NCBI GenBank assembly: GCA_963699545.1
Contig: CAVOUE010000007.1
Coordinates: forward strand, 1-64,000
Length of the DNA: 64,000 bases
Direction: 5' to 3'
Source of the DNA: Nitrospirota bacterium
GTDB lineage: Bacteria; Nitrospirota; Thermodesulfovibrionia; Thermodesulfovibrionales; UBA9159
Each line of letters opens with the position of its first letter. Positions within the stretch are counted from its first letter, which is position 1. Made by a program: the position numbers and the translations under genes. Shown here in pieces: positions 18,694 to 30,149 of this stretch. The notes beneath the pieces are model-generated. The model was given only the letters and a program-made list of their open reading frames with translations, searched no databases and was not told where the DNA came from.

Positions 18694-21600
18694 GTGGTAT
18701 TCATCGGTCTTGATGCAGGTTCGGTGAGCGTAAAACTTGTTGTCCTCGATGAGGAGGGCAACAGGCGAGAGGGGTATTACACGAGACATAAGGGACACCC
18801 CCTCAAGGTCGCTCTGGAACTCCTTGAGAAGGTGGCAGGAGAAGACAGGCGGGGGGAGGAAGAGTTCTCCCTTTCCGTCACAGGGTCGTCGGGGAGATTC
18901 ATTGCCGGCGCTCTTGCCCTGGGGTTCACGAACGAGCTCGTTGCCCAGACCTATGCCACGCGGAGAGCTCTGCCCGGAGATAAAGACCATCATCGAACTG
19001 GGCGGTGAAGACTCCAAGCTCATCATCCTCGGTAAAAATGGCATCAAGGATTTTTCGATGAATTCTGTCTGTGCTGCAGGCACGGGCTCCTTCCTTGACC
19101 AGCAGGCCGAACGGCTCAGGCTTTCCATTGAGGAGTTCAGCGAACTGGCAGTGAAAGCAAAACCGTCCCGCATCGCGGGGAGATGCAGTGTGTTCGCGAA
19201 ATCGGACATGATACACCTCCAGCAGATCGCGACGCCCGTGGAAGACATCGTGGCGGGTCTCTGTTTCGCCGTGGCCAGGAACTTCAAAGGCGCCATCGTC
19301 AGGGGGAGGACCATAGAGGAACCGGTCTCCTTCCATGGAGGCGTTGCCGCAAACAAGGGGATGGTCAGGGCGTTCAGGGAGGTCTTCGGTTTCTCACACC
19401 TCTCGGTCCCTGATGACTTCGCCCTGATGGGAGCGCTCGGTGCCGCGTTGAAGGACAGGGACGAGGGAGTGATCAGCAAGTTCGACCTTGGAAAACTGAG
19501 GTCCCTTTTGGAATCAACGCAGTTCAGCCAATCTGGACACAGCCCTCTCGTCTCATCCGGAGAAGACTTCTTCGAAAGACACGCAAACGACAGCCCTCAG
19601 TTCGCAACTCATGGCTCACCGTTAAGCAACCAGGAACTCAACACGCAGGACCCGCAACTCAAAATGAAAGCATTCCTGGGCATTGATATCGGCTCCATAA
19701 GCACCAATCTGGCGGTGACCGACGAGCACGGCTGTCTGCTGGCAAAAAGATATCTGATGACCGCGGGGAGACCCATCGAGGCAGTGAACCGGGGCCTCGG
19801 AGAGATCGGAGATGAGATCGGCGCTCAGGTGGAGATCATGGGTGTGGGAACCACGGGATCAGGCCGTTACATGATCGCGGATTATGTGGGAGCTGACATC
19901 GTGAAGAACGAGATCACTGCCCAGGCCACCGCGGCGGTCTTCATAGACAGGAATGTGGATACCATCTTCGAGATCGGCGGGCAGGACTCAAAGTACATTT
20001 CCCTGAGGGATGGTGTTATTGCGGATTTCGAGATGAATAAGGCGTGCGCCGCCGGCACCGGCTCATTCCTGGAGGAGCAGGCGGAAAAACTGAACATCTC
20101 GGTAAAAAACGAGTTCGCCCACTGCGCCTTTTCCTCAGAGAACCCGTGCCGTCTTGGAGAGCGGTGCACGGTATTCATGGAAAACTCCCTCATGGCGAAC
20201 CTCCAGAAGGGTACCGACAAGAACGACCTCCTTGCCGGTCTTGCCTATTCCATCGTGCAGAATTACATAAACAAGGTGGTTGCGGGGAAGCCCATCGGTG
20301 AGAATATATTCTTTCAGGGTGGGGTTGCCTTCAATAAATCCGTGGTTGCGGCCTTCGAGAAATATCTCAACCGGAAGATAACGGTTCCGCCTCACCATGA
20401 CGTGACCGGCGCGATAGGGATGGCACTGATCGCCATGAGGCATATGAAGAACCTGTCTGTAGGCCACAGCCAAGAGCCGGCAGTTAAAAACGAAGAAGAA
20501 AACCACATCCAGGGTGGCGGACCTCCGACCGCCGATCGTCGCCCGTCCACTACATTCAAAGGATTTGAACTTTCCCGGAGGCACTATGACGTTTCGTCCT
20601 TCGAATGCAGGGGATGTCCCAATGTCTGCGAGATCAACAGGGTGAAGATCCATGGCGAAGACGGCCACCTCTTCTATGGCGGCAGATGTGAAAAATACGA
20701 TCTGAAAAAGAAAAAGGGACCCTCTCCGGTTCCGGACCTCTTCGCCTTCAGGGAAGAGATGCTCTGGAAAGCACACATTGAAAGGGAGTCGGCAGTCAGC
20801 GCTCAGCGCCCGGCATCCGCGGGACTCACATCGGACAGGAGACGGGGGACTGAAGACGATCGACCGAAGATCGGCATTCCGTATCTCTTCTTTTTTCACG
20901 ACTACCTCCCCTTCTGGACCACTCTCCTCTGGGAGTTGGGTTTCGACGTGGAGGTTTCTCCGAAGACGAACAAGGAGATCGTCGGCATCGGTGCAGAAAG
21001 TGTCCTTGCAGACACGTGCTTCCCTATCAAAGTTGCCCACGGACATATAAAATATCTCATCGGCAAAGGGATCGATACGCTCCTCATTCCCAGCTTCATT
21101 AACATGAATACGGCAGATGAGGAGTTCGACAGGGGATACGCATGCCCTCTCACCCAGACGATCCCCTATGCCGCCAGGGTCGCTCACCCCGGGGTTCGGG
21201 TTGTGACACCGATTGTGAACCTGAGGAATGGGATGAAGCCCCTCGCAGAGGAGATACTCCTTGCCTTCAAACCCCTGGGGGTCAGAAAGCACACCCTGCT
21301 CAGGGCAATCAAGCATGCGGAGAAGGCCCAGGAAGAGTTCACAACGGCGATCAGGGAAAAGGCCGCCGAGACACTTTCTTCCCTTAAGGAAACGACCGTC
21401 GTCATCATCGGAAGGGCGTACAACGCCTTTGACAGCGGCATGAACCTCAATATCCCGAAAAAACTCTCCGACCTCGGTGTTCTTGCCGTGCCCATGGACT
21501 TCATTCCCTCCGAGGATCTCAGGATAGACGACAGATGGCCGAACATGTACTGGAGGTCAGGACAAAAGATATTGAAAGCTGCCCGCTTTATCACAGAGCA

Positions 21601-23043
21601 TCCTCACCTCCACGCCCTCTATATCGGCAATTTTTCCTGTGGCCCCGACTCCTTTATCCTGAAGTTCCTCGCAGAAGAGATGCGCGGGAAGCCCTTTCTC
21701 CAGATAGAGATAGACGAGCACAGCGCCGACGCGGGGGCTATAACACGGTGCGAGGCGTTCCTCGACAGCATCGGGAACCGCAGTCAGGAAATCACTCGCC
21801 GAAAGCCGAACGTCAGAAAGCAGCGACCGGAACCCAGAACCCGCTACACAGGGGTAAGAACTGTCTATCTTCCCCGTATGACGGACCACTCCTTTGCCAT
21901 CGCTGCAGCCTTCGAGAGATGCGGTATCCCCGCTGAGGTCCTGCCTGAATCGGATAAAGAGACGGTGGACATCGGAAGACGGTATGTCTCGGGGAAAGAA
22001 TGTTATCCCTGCACCGTGACCACCGGCGATATGCTGAAAAAGGTCTTTGCTCCCGGTTTCAGGCCGGAAGCATCGGCCTTCTTTATGCCGTCCGGAGCGG
22101 GACCCTGCAGATTCGGACAGTACAACGTATTTCACCGCATGATCCTGGATGATCTGGGGTATCATACTATCCCCATCTTTTCTCCGAACCAGGATGCCAA
22201 CTTTTACAGGGAACTGGGTATTATGGGCAAGGACTTTTCCTCCCATGCGTGGAAGGGTGTCATTGCCTATGACCTGCTGAACAAATGTTTCCATGAGACA
22301 AGGCCCTACGAAAAAGAAGAATGCTCCACCGATGCCCTGCATCAGGAATACCTGACAAGACTCTACACGTCTCTGAGAGGCGCCGACGGCAGCGTCGAAA
22401 CGCTCCTTCAGAATATGAGGAAAGATTTCGAACGTCTCCCAAGAAAGCGGGAGACGAAGCCACTTATCGGCATTGTGGGCGAAATATTTGTGAGCGAGCT
22501 CACCGGTTCTCCAACGAAGACCTCATCAGGAAGGTCGAGGCCCTCGGAGGAGAAGCGTGGCTCGCTCCCATGGAGGAATGGATCTACTACGTCAACCTCA
22601 TGGCCGTCAGAAAGGCCTTGATTAAAAAAGACAAGTCTGTTATCATTCAAATTCTTCTGAAGAAGTTTTTCCAGAAAAGGATAGAACACAGACTTTCAAG
22701 GTATTTCATGGGCTTCCTGAAGACCCTGAATGAGCCTGACACAAGGGAGATATTGAAAAAGGCGGCTCCCTACGTCCACGATTCCTTTGAGGGAGAGGCG
22801 ATCCTGAGCATAGGGAAGAGCATCGACCTTATTGAGAGAGGGGCGTCGGGAGTTATCAATGCCATGCCGTTCGGCTGCATGCCGGGAACGGTGGTAACGA
22901 CCCTGATGCACGGCCTGAGCAGGGATTATGGCATCCCCTGCATAAGCGTGCCGTATGACGGAACAGAGTCGCAGACGACGGAGATACTACTTGAGGCCTT
23001 CATGAACCAGGCTTCGGAATATAGCCGCACAAGAAGCTGTTAG
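18694..23043 (+). CDS. Large acyl-CoA dehydratase activase-type protein (two BcrAD/BadFG ATPase domains plus DUF2229-like regions); frameshifts near 18960 and 22495
   Basis: GLDAGSVS and GIDIGSIS, ELGGEDSK and EIGGQDSK, two CAAGTGSFL motifs, CFPIKVAHGH, FSCGPD, MPFGCMPG. Confidence 0.88.
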
Positions 23044-23114
23044 CTTTCAACACTCAGCTATGCAAGGGAACCGGTTTGTGTACGCTAAGAGCTGATTGCT
23101 GAAAACTGAACGCT
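23035..23114. repeat. Inverted arrays of degenerate 7-bp tandem repeats
   Basis: AGCTGTT AGCTTTC AACACTC AGCTATG ... GCTAAGA GCTGATT GCTGAAA ACTGAAC GCT. Confidence 0.65.
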
Positions 23115-23136
23115 ACAAAAAGAAGGAGGTGAGTGT

Positions 23137-23232
23137 GTGGGCAGCGTTGTAAAGTGGCGCAAAAAGAAGATGAGCAAGCACAAGCACAAGAAACTGCTTA
23201 AGAAGACCAAGCACCAGAGAAGGAATAAGTAA
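23137..23232 (+). CDS. 31-aa basic protein, AURKAIP1/COX24 (bS22/mS38-like) family
   Basis: AAGGAGGTGA RBS, GTG start, MGSVVKWRKKKMSKHKHKKLLKKTKHQRRNK, TAA. Confidence 0.88.
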   Translation: MGSVVKWRKKKMSKHKHKKLLKKTKHQRRNK

Positions 23233-23391
23233 GAGCGTTCATTACCCTGCGGCTGGCAGGGGAGACACGATGAAAGAGGGAACAGGCTTGAAGGAAGAAA
23301 CCGCTTTCACGGGGAAGGAAAGGGACTTAAGCTGTATGCCGAAGGGCATATCGGGGATCTCAGGATCAGCACTCCCATGTCATGAAGCAAA

Positions 23392-24240
23392 TCATGGGGT
23401 AAGGAACCTGCTGACCTTCACCCCTGCAAAAGGCATCGAACGTATATAATCATACAGCAACACCTTCTTCACCTCGCCGCCCTTGTTCTTTTTCCCGCCG
23501 GCATGGATCAGATAAGGAGTGGAACCCTCCAATTTAATAATGCCGATATGTCCGACGATCTCATCGGACACTCTTTTCCCCGGTGCTTTGACAAAGAATA
23601 CGAAATCGCCGCTTTTCAACGAACGGTAATCTTTATCCCCGGTCTTCTTCAGGAATTCTTCCTTTGAAACAATCGCGACCTTGTCCCTGCCACGGGAACC
23701 CTTTATATATGATACTACGCCGACATCCCCGGTAATCTCCTTTCCCCACTTCCCGCTCTCCAGCATATCTTCACCGTACTGAAACCTTTCTTCATAATTG
23801 AGGACCGTGCCGTCTGCGAGTGTCCCCTTGCTGATGAAGCGCTTATCCAGCGCGATACGAACCGCCTCCTCAGGGGTGTGACCCAACGCCAGCTCCAGCG
23901 ACCTGAAACTGAGATACATACAGTCCACTCGCTCATCAGCGACAACCGACCTTTTCGTTACATACTCGCCCAGAGGATCAGGGTCGTAGGGGGTACCCAC
24001 AAAGCGTTCAGCCCAGAAGGCGATCCTCTCCCCCAGCGGCTTGCCGGCGATCTCCTTCTGATAAGAAGCGACTTCAAAATCCGTAAGGGCAAAAAGAAGA
24101 GAAGGGCATAGAAGAAAGGGGAAAAGCGCAGAAGCACAGAAGCACAGAAGTGCAGAAGCAAACAACCTGGTTCCTCTTGTTTTTCCAACCTTTTGAACTT
24201 CTGTGCTATGAAACTGTTGCGCTACGGTCCTGTAAATCAT
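23392..24240 (-). CDS. NlpC/P60-like (DUF1460/AmiA-type) putative amidase
   Basis: FVGTPY, VDCMY (catalytic Cys), GHIGI, YLIHA; hydrophobic N-terminus; start uncertain. Confidence 0.7.
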   Translation of the reverse strand: MIYRTVAQQFHSTEVQKVGKTRGTRLFASALLCFCASALFPFLLCPSLLFALTDFEVASYQKEIAGKPLGERIAFWAERFVGTPYDPDPLGEYVTKRSVVADERVDCMYLSFRSLELALGHTPEEAVRIALDKRFISKGTLADGTVLNYEERFQYGEDMLESGKWGKEITGDVGVVSYIKGSRGRDKVAIVSKEEFLKKTGDKDYRSLKSGDFVFFVKAPGKRVSDEIVGHIGIIKLEGSTPYLIHAGGKKNKGGEVKKVLLYDYIRSMPFAGVKVSRFLTP

Positions 24241-24520
24241 CAGTAGTACCTGACCTGAAATCCCTGAAGATCCCCCGATAGTCCTCCCAGGTAACGTAGA
24301 TATCGTCCACCTGTGCGCCCGGCGGGCCCGAATGACAATGTTTGATCGCCCGCTCGATCTCATCACGGTCGCCCTCAAGGAGGGCCTCCACGCTACCGTC
24401 AGAAAGGTTTCTCACCCAGCCCCTGAGTCCAAGCTGGGCCGCAATATCGCGTGTAAACGCACGATAGAAAACCCCCTGCACTCTTCCCTTAATCAGGAGA
24501 TGCGCCCTTGCGAGTTGCAT
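24206..24520 (-). CDS. acyP: Acylphosphatase
   Basis: GRVQGVFYR, GWVRNLSDGSVE, GPPGAQV. Confidence 0.95.
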   Translation of the reverse strand: MQLARAHLLIKGRVQGVFYRAFTRDIAAQLGLRGWVRNLSDGSVEALLEGDRDEIERAIKHCHSGPPGAQVDDIYVTWEDYRGIFRDFRSGTTDDLQDRSATVS

Positions 24521-24846
24521 AAAGTGATTATAGCAAAAAAAGGGTCCCCAAAGGCTATGAAAGCTCCTTTGTTACGAACAGGGGTAAACATGCAATGATG
24601 CATCTTTTTACGATAAGCTGCTCTTATAGATAGATAAATATTACTTATTTGTAAGTGGCCCCGTCCTACGGGTAAGATTTTGGCTGGCAAAGGCACGAGA
24701 GTCTCGTCGAATACTGCGCGGACGGCAAGCCGAAGACCGAAACATCTCAAGAGGATGGAACAGCGCGTAACCTGTCTGTGTTGATACGGTGATAGATCTG
24801 ATATGCCGCAAGAAGAAGTTTGATGGAAAGGAGAGTGTAAAAACAA

Positions 24847-25134
24847 ATGTCTCCTGATGAAACGGGGATAGAACAACGAAAACATGGACGCAGTAATTAC
24901 CTGGGAACGGTACATTATTGTTTGAATCCCCACTCAGATGGGCAGGTCCTGATCGGATCCGGCATTGATGTAAGCGAGTCCGGGTTGAGCATGTTCAGCT
25001 CCTATCCGTTGAAGAAGGGCGAGGGTATCATTATAAGGAGCAAACTCCCGGTGCCGCATAAGAGAGCAACGGTCAAATGGGTCAAAGAACTGAGAGAGAA
25101 CTGGTACCAGGTGGGGCTCGAGTTTAGCGAATAG
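24847..25134 (+). CDS. Stand-alone PilZ domain protein
   Basis: RKHGR (RxxxR), DVSESG (DxSxxG), VKWV...GLEF. Confidence 0.85.
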   Translation: MSPDETGIEQRKHGRSNYLGTVHYCLNPHSDGQVLIGSGIDVSESGLSMFSSYPLKKGEGIIIRSKLPVPHKRATVKWVKELRENWYQVGLEFSE

Positions 25135-25172
25135 CCCGCTTTAGCTGTACATTGCAGAAACCGAAGAACCGC

Positions 25173-25895
25173 TTATTCCCCCAAATACGCCTTCTTCACC
25201 TGCTCGTTCCTGAGCAGCTCCTCTCCCGTACCCTGGAGCGTTATTCTGCCGCTCTCGAGCACGTACCCTCTGCTGGAAAGACTCAGTGCCGCATGGGCAT
25301 TCTGCTCCACAAGGAGGACCGTCACTCCCTCGTTATTGATCTCCCTTACTATCCTGAATATCTTGCTCACGATGATGGGCGCAAGCCCCAGGGACGGCTC
25401 ATCAAGGAGAAGCACCTTCGGGTTGGACATGAGAGCCCGAGCTATGGCAAGCATCTGCTGCTCACCGCCGCTGAGAGTGCCCCCCTGCTGTTTCTGCCTC
25501 TCCCTGAGGACCGGGAAAAGGCTTAGGACCCTCTCCAGCTGGTCTTTCGTTCTTGTCTTGTCGCGGACGCCGCTGTTGCCGGCAGAGTATGCGCCCATAT
25601 CGAGGTTCTCCATGACAGTGAGCCGGGGGAATATCCTCCTCCCCTCGGGGACCTGACTTATCCCCAGGCCCACTATCATATGCGGAGGAAGGTCATTGAT
25701 CCTTCTTCCTTCAAAGGAAATGGTGCCGGCCGCCGGTCTGAGAATCCCCGAAATGGTCATAAGGGTCGTGGACTTGCCAGCACCGTTGCTCCCGATGAGG
25801 CAGATGATCTCCCCCCCCTTCACCTCCAGGTCTATGCCCTTTACCGCTTCAATGGGTCCGTAGAAGGTATGGATATTTTCAAGCCTAAGCAACAA
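25173..25895 (-). CDS. livF: Branched-chain amino acid ABC transporter ATPase
   Basis: GSNGAGKST, VPEGRRIF, LSGGEQQML, DEPSLGLAP. Confidence 0.93.
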   Translation of the reverse strand: MLLRLENIHTFYGPIEAVKGIDLEVKGGEIICLIGSNGAGKSTTLMTISGILRPAAGTISFEGRRINDLPPHMIVGLGISQVPEGRRIFPRLTVMENLDMGAYSAGNSGVRDKTRTKDQLERVLSLFPVLRERQKQQGGTLSGGEQQMLAIARALMSNPKVLLLDEPSLGLAPIIVSKIFRIVREINNEGVTVLLVEQNAHAALSLSSRGYVLESGRITLQGTGEELLRNEQVKKAYLGE

Positions 25896-26653
25896 TACCT
25901 CTCCCCAAGTACGCCTCTATGACAAGCGGATCGCTCTTGATCATCTCCGGCGTTCCTTCAGCGATCTTTACCCCGTGGTCAAGTACCACGATGGTTTCCG
26001 ATACCCCCATCACTACCTTCATGTCGTGCTCGATAAGAATAACGGTCTTGCCCAGTGACTGGAGCTTCCTTATGGTCTCCATGATCTCCCGTGACTCCTG
26101 GGGGTTCATCCCCGCAGTCGGCTCATCCAGGAGCAGGAGGGCAGGTTCCGTCGCGAGTGCCCTGGCGATCTCCAGCCTCCTCTGATCCCCGTAAGGGAGA
26201 TTAAAGGAAGGGATATCAGCAGAACATTCAAGCCCCACAAGTCCGAGATACTCCAACGCCCTGCACCGCGCATTCTCCTCCTCCGCGAGGAAGTCCTTAT
26301 GCCTGCTCACGATCTTGAAAAGGCCCGAGTGCATGCGCTGATGCTGGGAGACCAGCACATTTTCGAGAACGGTCATGTCCCTGAACAACCGTATATTTTG
26401 AAATGTCCTTGCGACGCCGAGGGGAGACGATTGCGTGGGGAGCCATACCGCTGATGCCGGTACCGGATAAACGGATTATCCCTTTGGTGGGTCTTGTCAG
26501 CCCCGTGAGGCAGTTGAAAAGGGTGGTCTTTCCTGCGCCGTTCGGCCCTATGATGCTCGTAATGGAGCCCTCCTTCACCTTGAAACTCACCTGATCGAGG
26601 GCCCTTATCCCGCCGAAATGTTTTGTAAGCTCTCTGACCTCCAGGAGATACAT
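25885..26653 (-). CDS. livG: Branched-chain amino acid ABC transporter ATPase; frameshift near 26420
   Basis: GPNGAGKTT in one ORF; LPYGDQRRLEIARALA and IEHDM in the next. Confidence 0.9.
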
Positions 26654-26658
26654 GACCG

Positions 26659-27918
26659 TTACCCGAAGCGTTTTGAGATTGTCTGGCCGCTGAAAAGGCC
26701 CTGGGGTCTGAAGATCATTATGAGTATCAGTCCCACGCCGAGGGCTATCATCCTGTATGACTGAACCTCTCTCAAAACCTCAGGGAGGACAACAAGCACC
26801 ACTGATCCCATGATCACCCCGCCTATGCTCCCCAGCCCGCCCAGTATCACCATACAGAGGATCAGGACCGACTCCATGAAGGTGAAGCTCTCGGGAGACA
26901 CGAATCTCATCTTCGCGGCAAAAAGGATGCCGGCCAGTCCTGCCCAGAAGGACCCGAACGCAAAGGAATAGAGTTTGTACCTCATCGTGCTTATTCCCAT
27001 AGATGAGGCGCCGATCTCATCCTCCCGTATGGCGATCCACGCCCTTCCGATCCTGGAGGAGCGGACGCGGCTCACCACCACGTACGTCAAAAGAACCGCC
27101 CCAAGGGTTACATAATAATACCTGCTCAGCGTTTCCAGGGACAGACCGAATGAATGGGGAGAAGCAATCCCAGGGATACCGTTGGGGCCTCCGGTGAGAG
27201 AGTCCCAGTTATTCAGAATGAGACGCACGATCTCTCCAAATCCCAGGGTCACGATGGCAAGATAGTCACCCCGCAGCCTGAGGGCGGGAATGGCGAGGAC
27301 GAAACCGGAAAGCGTGGTAAGAGCCAGGGACAAGGGAAGGGCTTCCCAGAAGCCAAGGCCGAGTTTCACATTGAGAAGGGCATACGTGTATGCGCCCACT
27401 GCATAGAACGCAACGAACCCGAGGTTAAGAAGACCGGTGAACCCCACCACCACGTTCAGACCGAGAGCGAGAATAATATAGATGCCCGACAGGATCGCAA
27501 CATCGAGAAGATAATCCCCCAGGAAAAAGGGCACTGCAAGAAGTGCGATAAGCAGCAGGGAACGGTTCACAAGAGAAGAGGGTCTGAAGGCATTTCTGGA
27601 GCGGATGCGCTGTATCACTAAACCACCCTTTTCTATCAGGGTGCGCGCGTAACCCCCAAGAAAGACAAGGGAGATCATGGTGAGGGAAAGGACCACAAAC
27701 AGGATCAGGGACGGCACCAGGCCCTTAAAGGGAAGGAAAAGGACCGACAACCACAAGGCAACGAATAGACTTCTCAGCAAGGAGTGGCGGGTGATCTGCC
27801 TCAGTCGCCTCGGGCGACCCGCCGAGGAGAGCGGACCCGCCTGAGGCTGGGCGAGCGAGAAGTGTTTATCTTCATTCGTGCGGTTGTCGCTTGTCGCTCT
27901 TACCTCCTTGTTTTTCAC
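26659..27918 (-). CDS. livM: Branched-chain amino acid ABC transporter permease
   Basis: GLNVVVGFTGLLNLG, LRLRGDYLAIVTLGFGEI. Confidence 0.92.
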   Translation of the reverse strand: MKNKEVRATSDNRTNEDKHFSLAQPQAGPLSSAGRPRRLRQITRHSLLRSLFVALWLSVLFLPFKGLVPSLILFVVLSLTMISLVFLGGYARTLIEKGGLVIQRIRSRNAFRPSSLVNRSLLLIALLAVPFFLGDYLLDVAILSGIYIILALGLNVVVGFTGLLNLGFVAFYAVGAYTYALLNVKLGLGFWEALPLSLALTTLSGFVLAIPALRLRGDYLAIVTLGFGEIVRLILNNWDSLTGGPNGIPGIASPHSFGLSLETLSRYYYVTLGAVLLTYVVVSRVRSSRIGRAWIAIREDEIGASSMGISTMRYKLYSFAFGSFWAGLAGILFAAKMRFVSPESFTFMESVLILCMVILGGLGSIGGVIMGSVVLVVLPEVLREVQSYRMIALGVGLILIMIFRPQGLFSGQTISKRFG

Positions 27919-27923
27919 TGTAT

Positions 27924-28826
27924 CTACACTTTCTCCTCTGTTGTCTTGCCGAAAATTCCTGACGGCTTGATGAGAAGGATCACGATGAGGACCGCAAAGG
28001 CATAGGCATCCTTGTATTCACTGGATATGTAACTGGCGCCGATGCTCTCCACCAGCCCAAGGAAGATACCACCGAACATGGCGCCGGGAATGCTCCCGAT
28101 TCCGCCCAGTACGGCGGCGGTGAAGGCCTTGATCCCTGCGATATAGCCGATCGAATAATTCACGAGCCCGTAATACATGGCGACCATTATCCCAGCGACG
28201 GCAGCCAGAGCGGAACCGATGATAAAGGTGACCGATATTACCGAGTCGATATTGATGCCCACAAGCGACGCCATTACCTTGTCCTGGGCAACCGCACGCA
28301 TGGCCTTCCCCATCTTCGTCCTCGTGACATAGAGGTGAAGGGACAGCATGAGCAGGCAGGAAAGGATGATAATGAATATCTGAAGGTAGGTGATCCTTGC
28401 GCCTGAGAAGGTGAAGCCTGCTTGCCCGAAGAGATGAGGGAATACCTTGTCCGTTGCTCCCTGGGTGAGCATAACATAGTTCTGGAGAAAGATGGACACG
28501 CCGATGGCGCTTATGAGGGGGCTGAGCCGCGGCGCATTCCTCAGCGGCCTGTATGCGATCTTCTCCATGGTAAACCCGTAGGCAGAGCAGAAAACAACGG
28601 ACAGAACAAGGGTGAGGACCAGGGAAAGCGTGAGGCTGTATGAGGTGAGCCCCGTCGCGGTACAAAAGGCGAAGAAGATGATCCCCAGGTATGCCCCGAG
28701 CATGTAGATCTCGCCGTGGGCGAAATTGATCAGCTCCAGGATACCGTACACCATGGTATAGCCGAGAGCGATGAGGGCATACACACCACCCACAGTCAGA
28801 CCGTTAATGAGTTGCTGGAATAACAT
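27924..28826 (-). CDS. livH: Branched-chain amino acid ABC transporter permease
   Basis: YALIALGYTMVYGILELINFAHGE, KAFTAAVLGGIG. Confidence 0.93.
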   Translation of the reverse strand: MLFQQLINGLTVGGVYALIALGYTMVYGILELINFAHGEIYMLGAYLGIIFFAFCTATGLTSYSLTLSLVLTLVLSVVFCSAYGFTMEKIAYRPLRNAPRLSPLISAIGVSIFLQNYVMLTQGATDKVFPHLFGQAGFTFSGARITYLQIFIIILSCLLMLSLHLYVTRTKMGKAMRAVAQDKVMASLVGINIDSVISVTFIIGSALAAVAGIMVAMYYGLVNYSIGYIAGIKAFTAAVLGGIGSIPGAMFGGIFLGLVESIGASYISSEYKDAYAFAVLIVILLIKPSGIFGKTTEEKV

Positions 28827-28872
28827 GGATGGCTTCCGGCTCAGCCCCGGGACACTCTTTCAAACGGAGTAA

Positions 28873-29997
28873 TCAGCGCTCTTGCCCCGGTTTCCAGTAT
28901 TCTTCAAACTTTCCGCTCCTGGTGGTCCAGACAACATAGGGAGAGACCGTAACGTCGCCTTTTTCATTAAATCTGACCTTGCCGAGAGCTCCCGTGAATT
29001 CCATACTGTGGAGCTTGTCGATGACCGCCTTGCCCTCTATGGTTCCGGCCTCTTTCATGGCGCTGAAAAGAATGTTCGCCGCATCGTAGGCATAGATGGA
29101 GTATGGGCCTATCTCTCCGAACTTCTTCTCATAATTATCGACAAAGGATTTGGCGGTAGGGATCTTCTTGGTATCGGGACTGAAGGTAAGATAGGTACCC
29201 TCAGCCGCTGAAGCCCCGGCGATCTCGATGAACTTCGGGTCGATACTGCCGTCACCGCTCATGAGGGGAACAGTCATGCCGAGTTCCCTGGCCTGCTTTA
29301 CCAGGAGACCCGCCTCGGGATAGATCCCACCGAAGTAGATGAGTTCCGGCTTCTTATCCCTGATTGCGGTGAGCACCGTCTTGAAGTCCTTGTCACCCTG
29401 AATGATGCCTCCATAATAGACCACTTCCACTTTGTTCGCAATGAACTTCTTGAACTCATCGGCAAGGCCCTGCCCGTAGGTGGTCTTGTCATGGATCACC
29501 GCTACTTTTTTCAACTTCAGTTTTTCAATGACGAACTCTGCCCCCACCTTCCCCTGCTGGTCGTCCCTCCCGCAGACCCTGGAAACACTGCGGTAACCTT
29601 TTTCCGTGAGCTGGGGGTTTGTGGAGCCCGGCGTTATCATCGGAACCCCCGCCCGGTTATAGACATCGGAAGCCGGGATCGAGCAGCTTGAATTGAAATG
29701 GCCTATGACACCCACTGCACCGTCGTTCACCAATTTATTCGCAATGGATACCGCCTGCTTCGGGTCGTGCTGATCATCAGCAACGAGTACCATGATTTTC
29801 TTGCCGAGAAGTCCGCCCTTTGCATTCCATTCCTCCACCGCAAGGGTCACACCGTTCTTAAAATCGGTTCCCATCTTCGCCTGATCGCCGGTCATAGGGC
29901 CGGCCACGCCGATCTTGATCCCCTCTTCCTTCTTCTGGCATCCCATAGAGAACGCGAACAATGCCAGGGCGAGCGCAATAAAAGACCTCTTCATCAT
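28873..29997 (-). CDS. livK: Branched-chain amino acid ABC substrate-binding lipoprotein
   Basis: Lipoprotein signal (SMGC), IGVAGPMTG, GHFNSSCS, HDKTTYGQGLA. Confidence 0.88.
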   Translation of the reverse strand: MMKRSFIALALALFAFSMGCQKKEEGIKIGVAGPMTGDQAKMGTDFKNGVTLAVEEWNAKGGLLGKKIMVLVADDQHDPKQAVSIANKLVNDGAVGVIGHFNSSCSIPASDVYNRAGVPMITPGSTNPQLTEKGYRSVSRVCGRDDQQGKVGAEFVIEKLKLKKVAVIHDKTTYGQGLADEFKKFIANKVEVVYYGGIIQGDKDFKTVLTAIRDKKPELIYFGGIYPEAGLLVKQARELGMTVPLMSGDGSIDPKFIEIAGASAAEGTYLTFSPDTKKIPTAKSFVDNYEKKFGEIGPYSIYAYDAANILFSAMKEAGTIEGKAVIDKLHSMEFTGALGKVRFNEKGDVTVSPYVVWTTRSGKFEEYWKPGQER

Positions 29998-30149
29998 TTC
30001 CTCCTCGATAGCAGCATTTCTTCTTTATCCCTCCTCCCCTTTTCTCTCAGGGAGGACCGCCATTACGTCGCCTCTCTTAAGGGGAGGTTCATTTCATCAG
30101 TCTCTTGCGACCTGTCCTTTGACATCCGGGCCCGGACCCGTCATTCATA

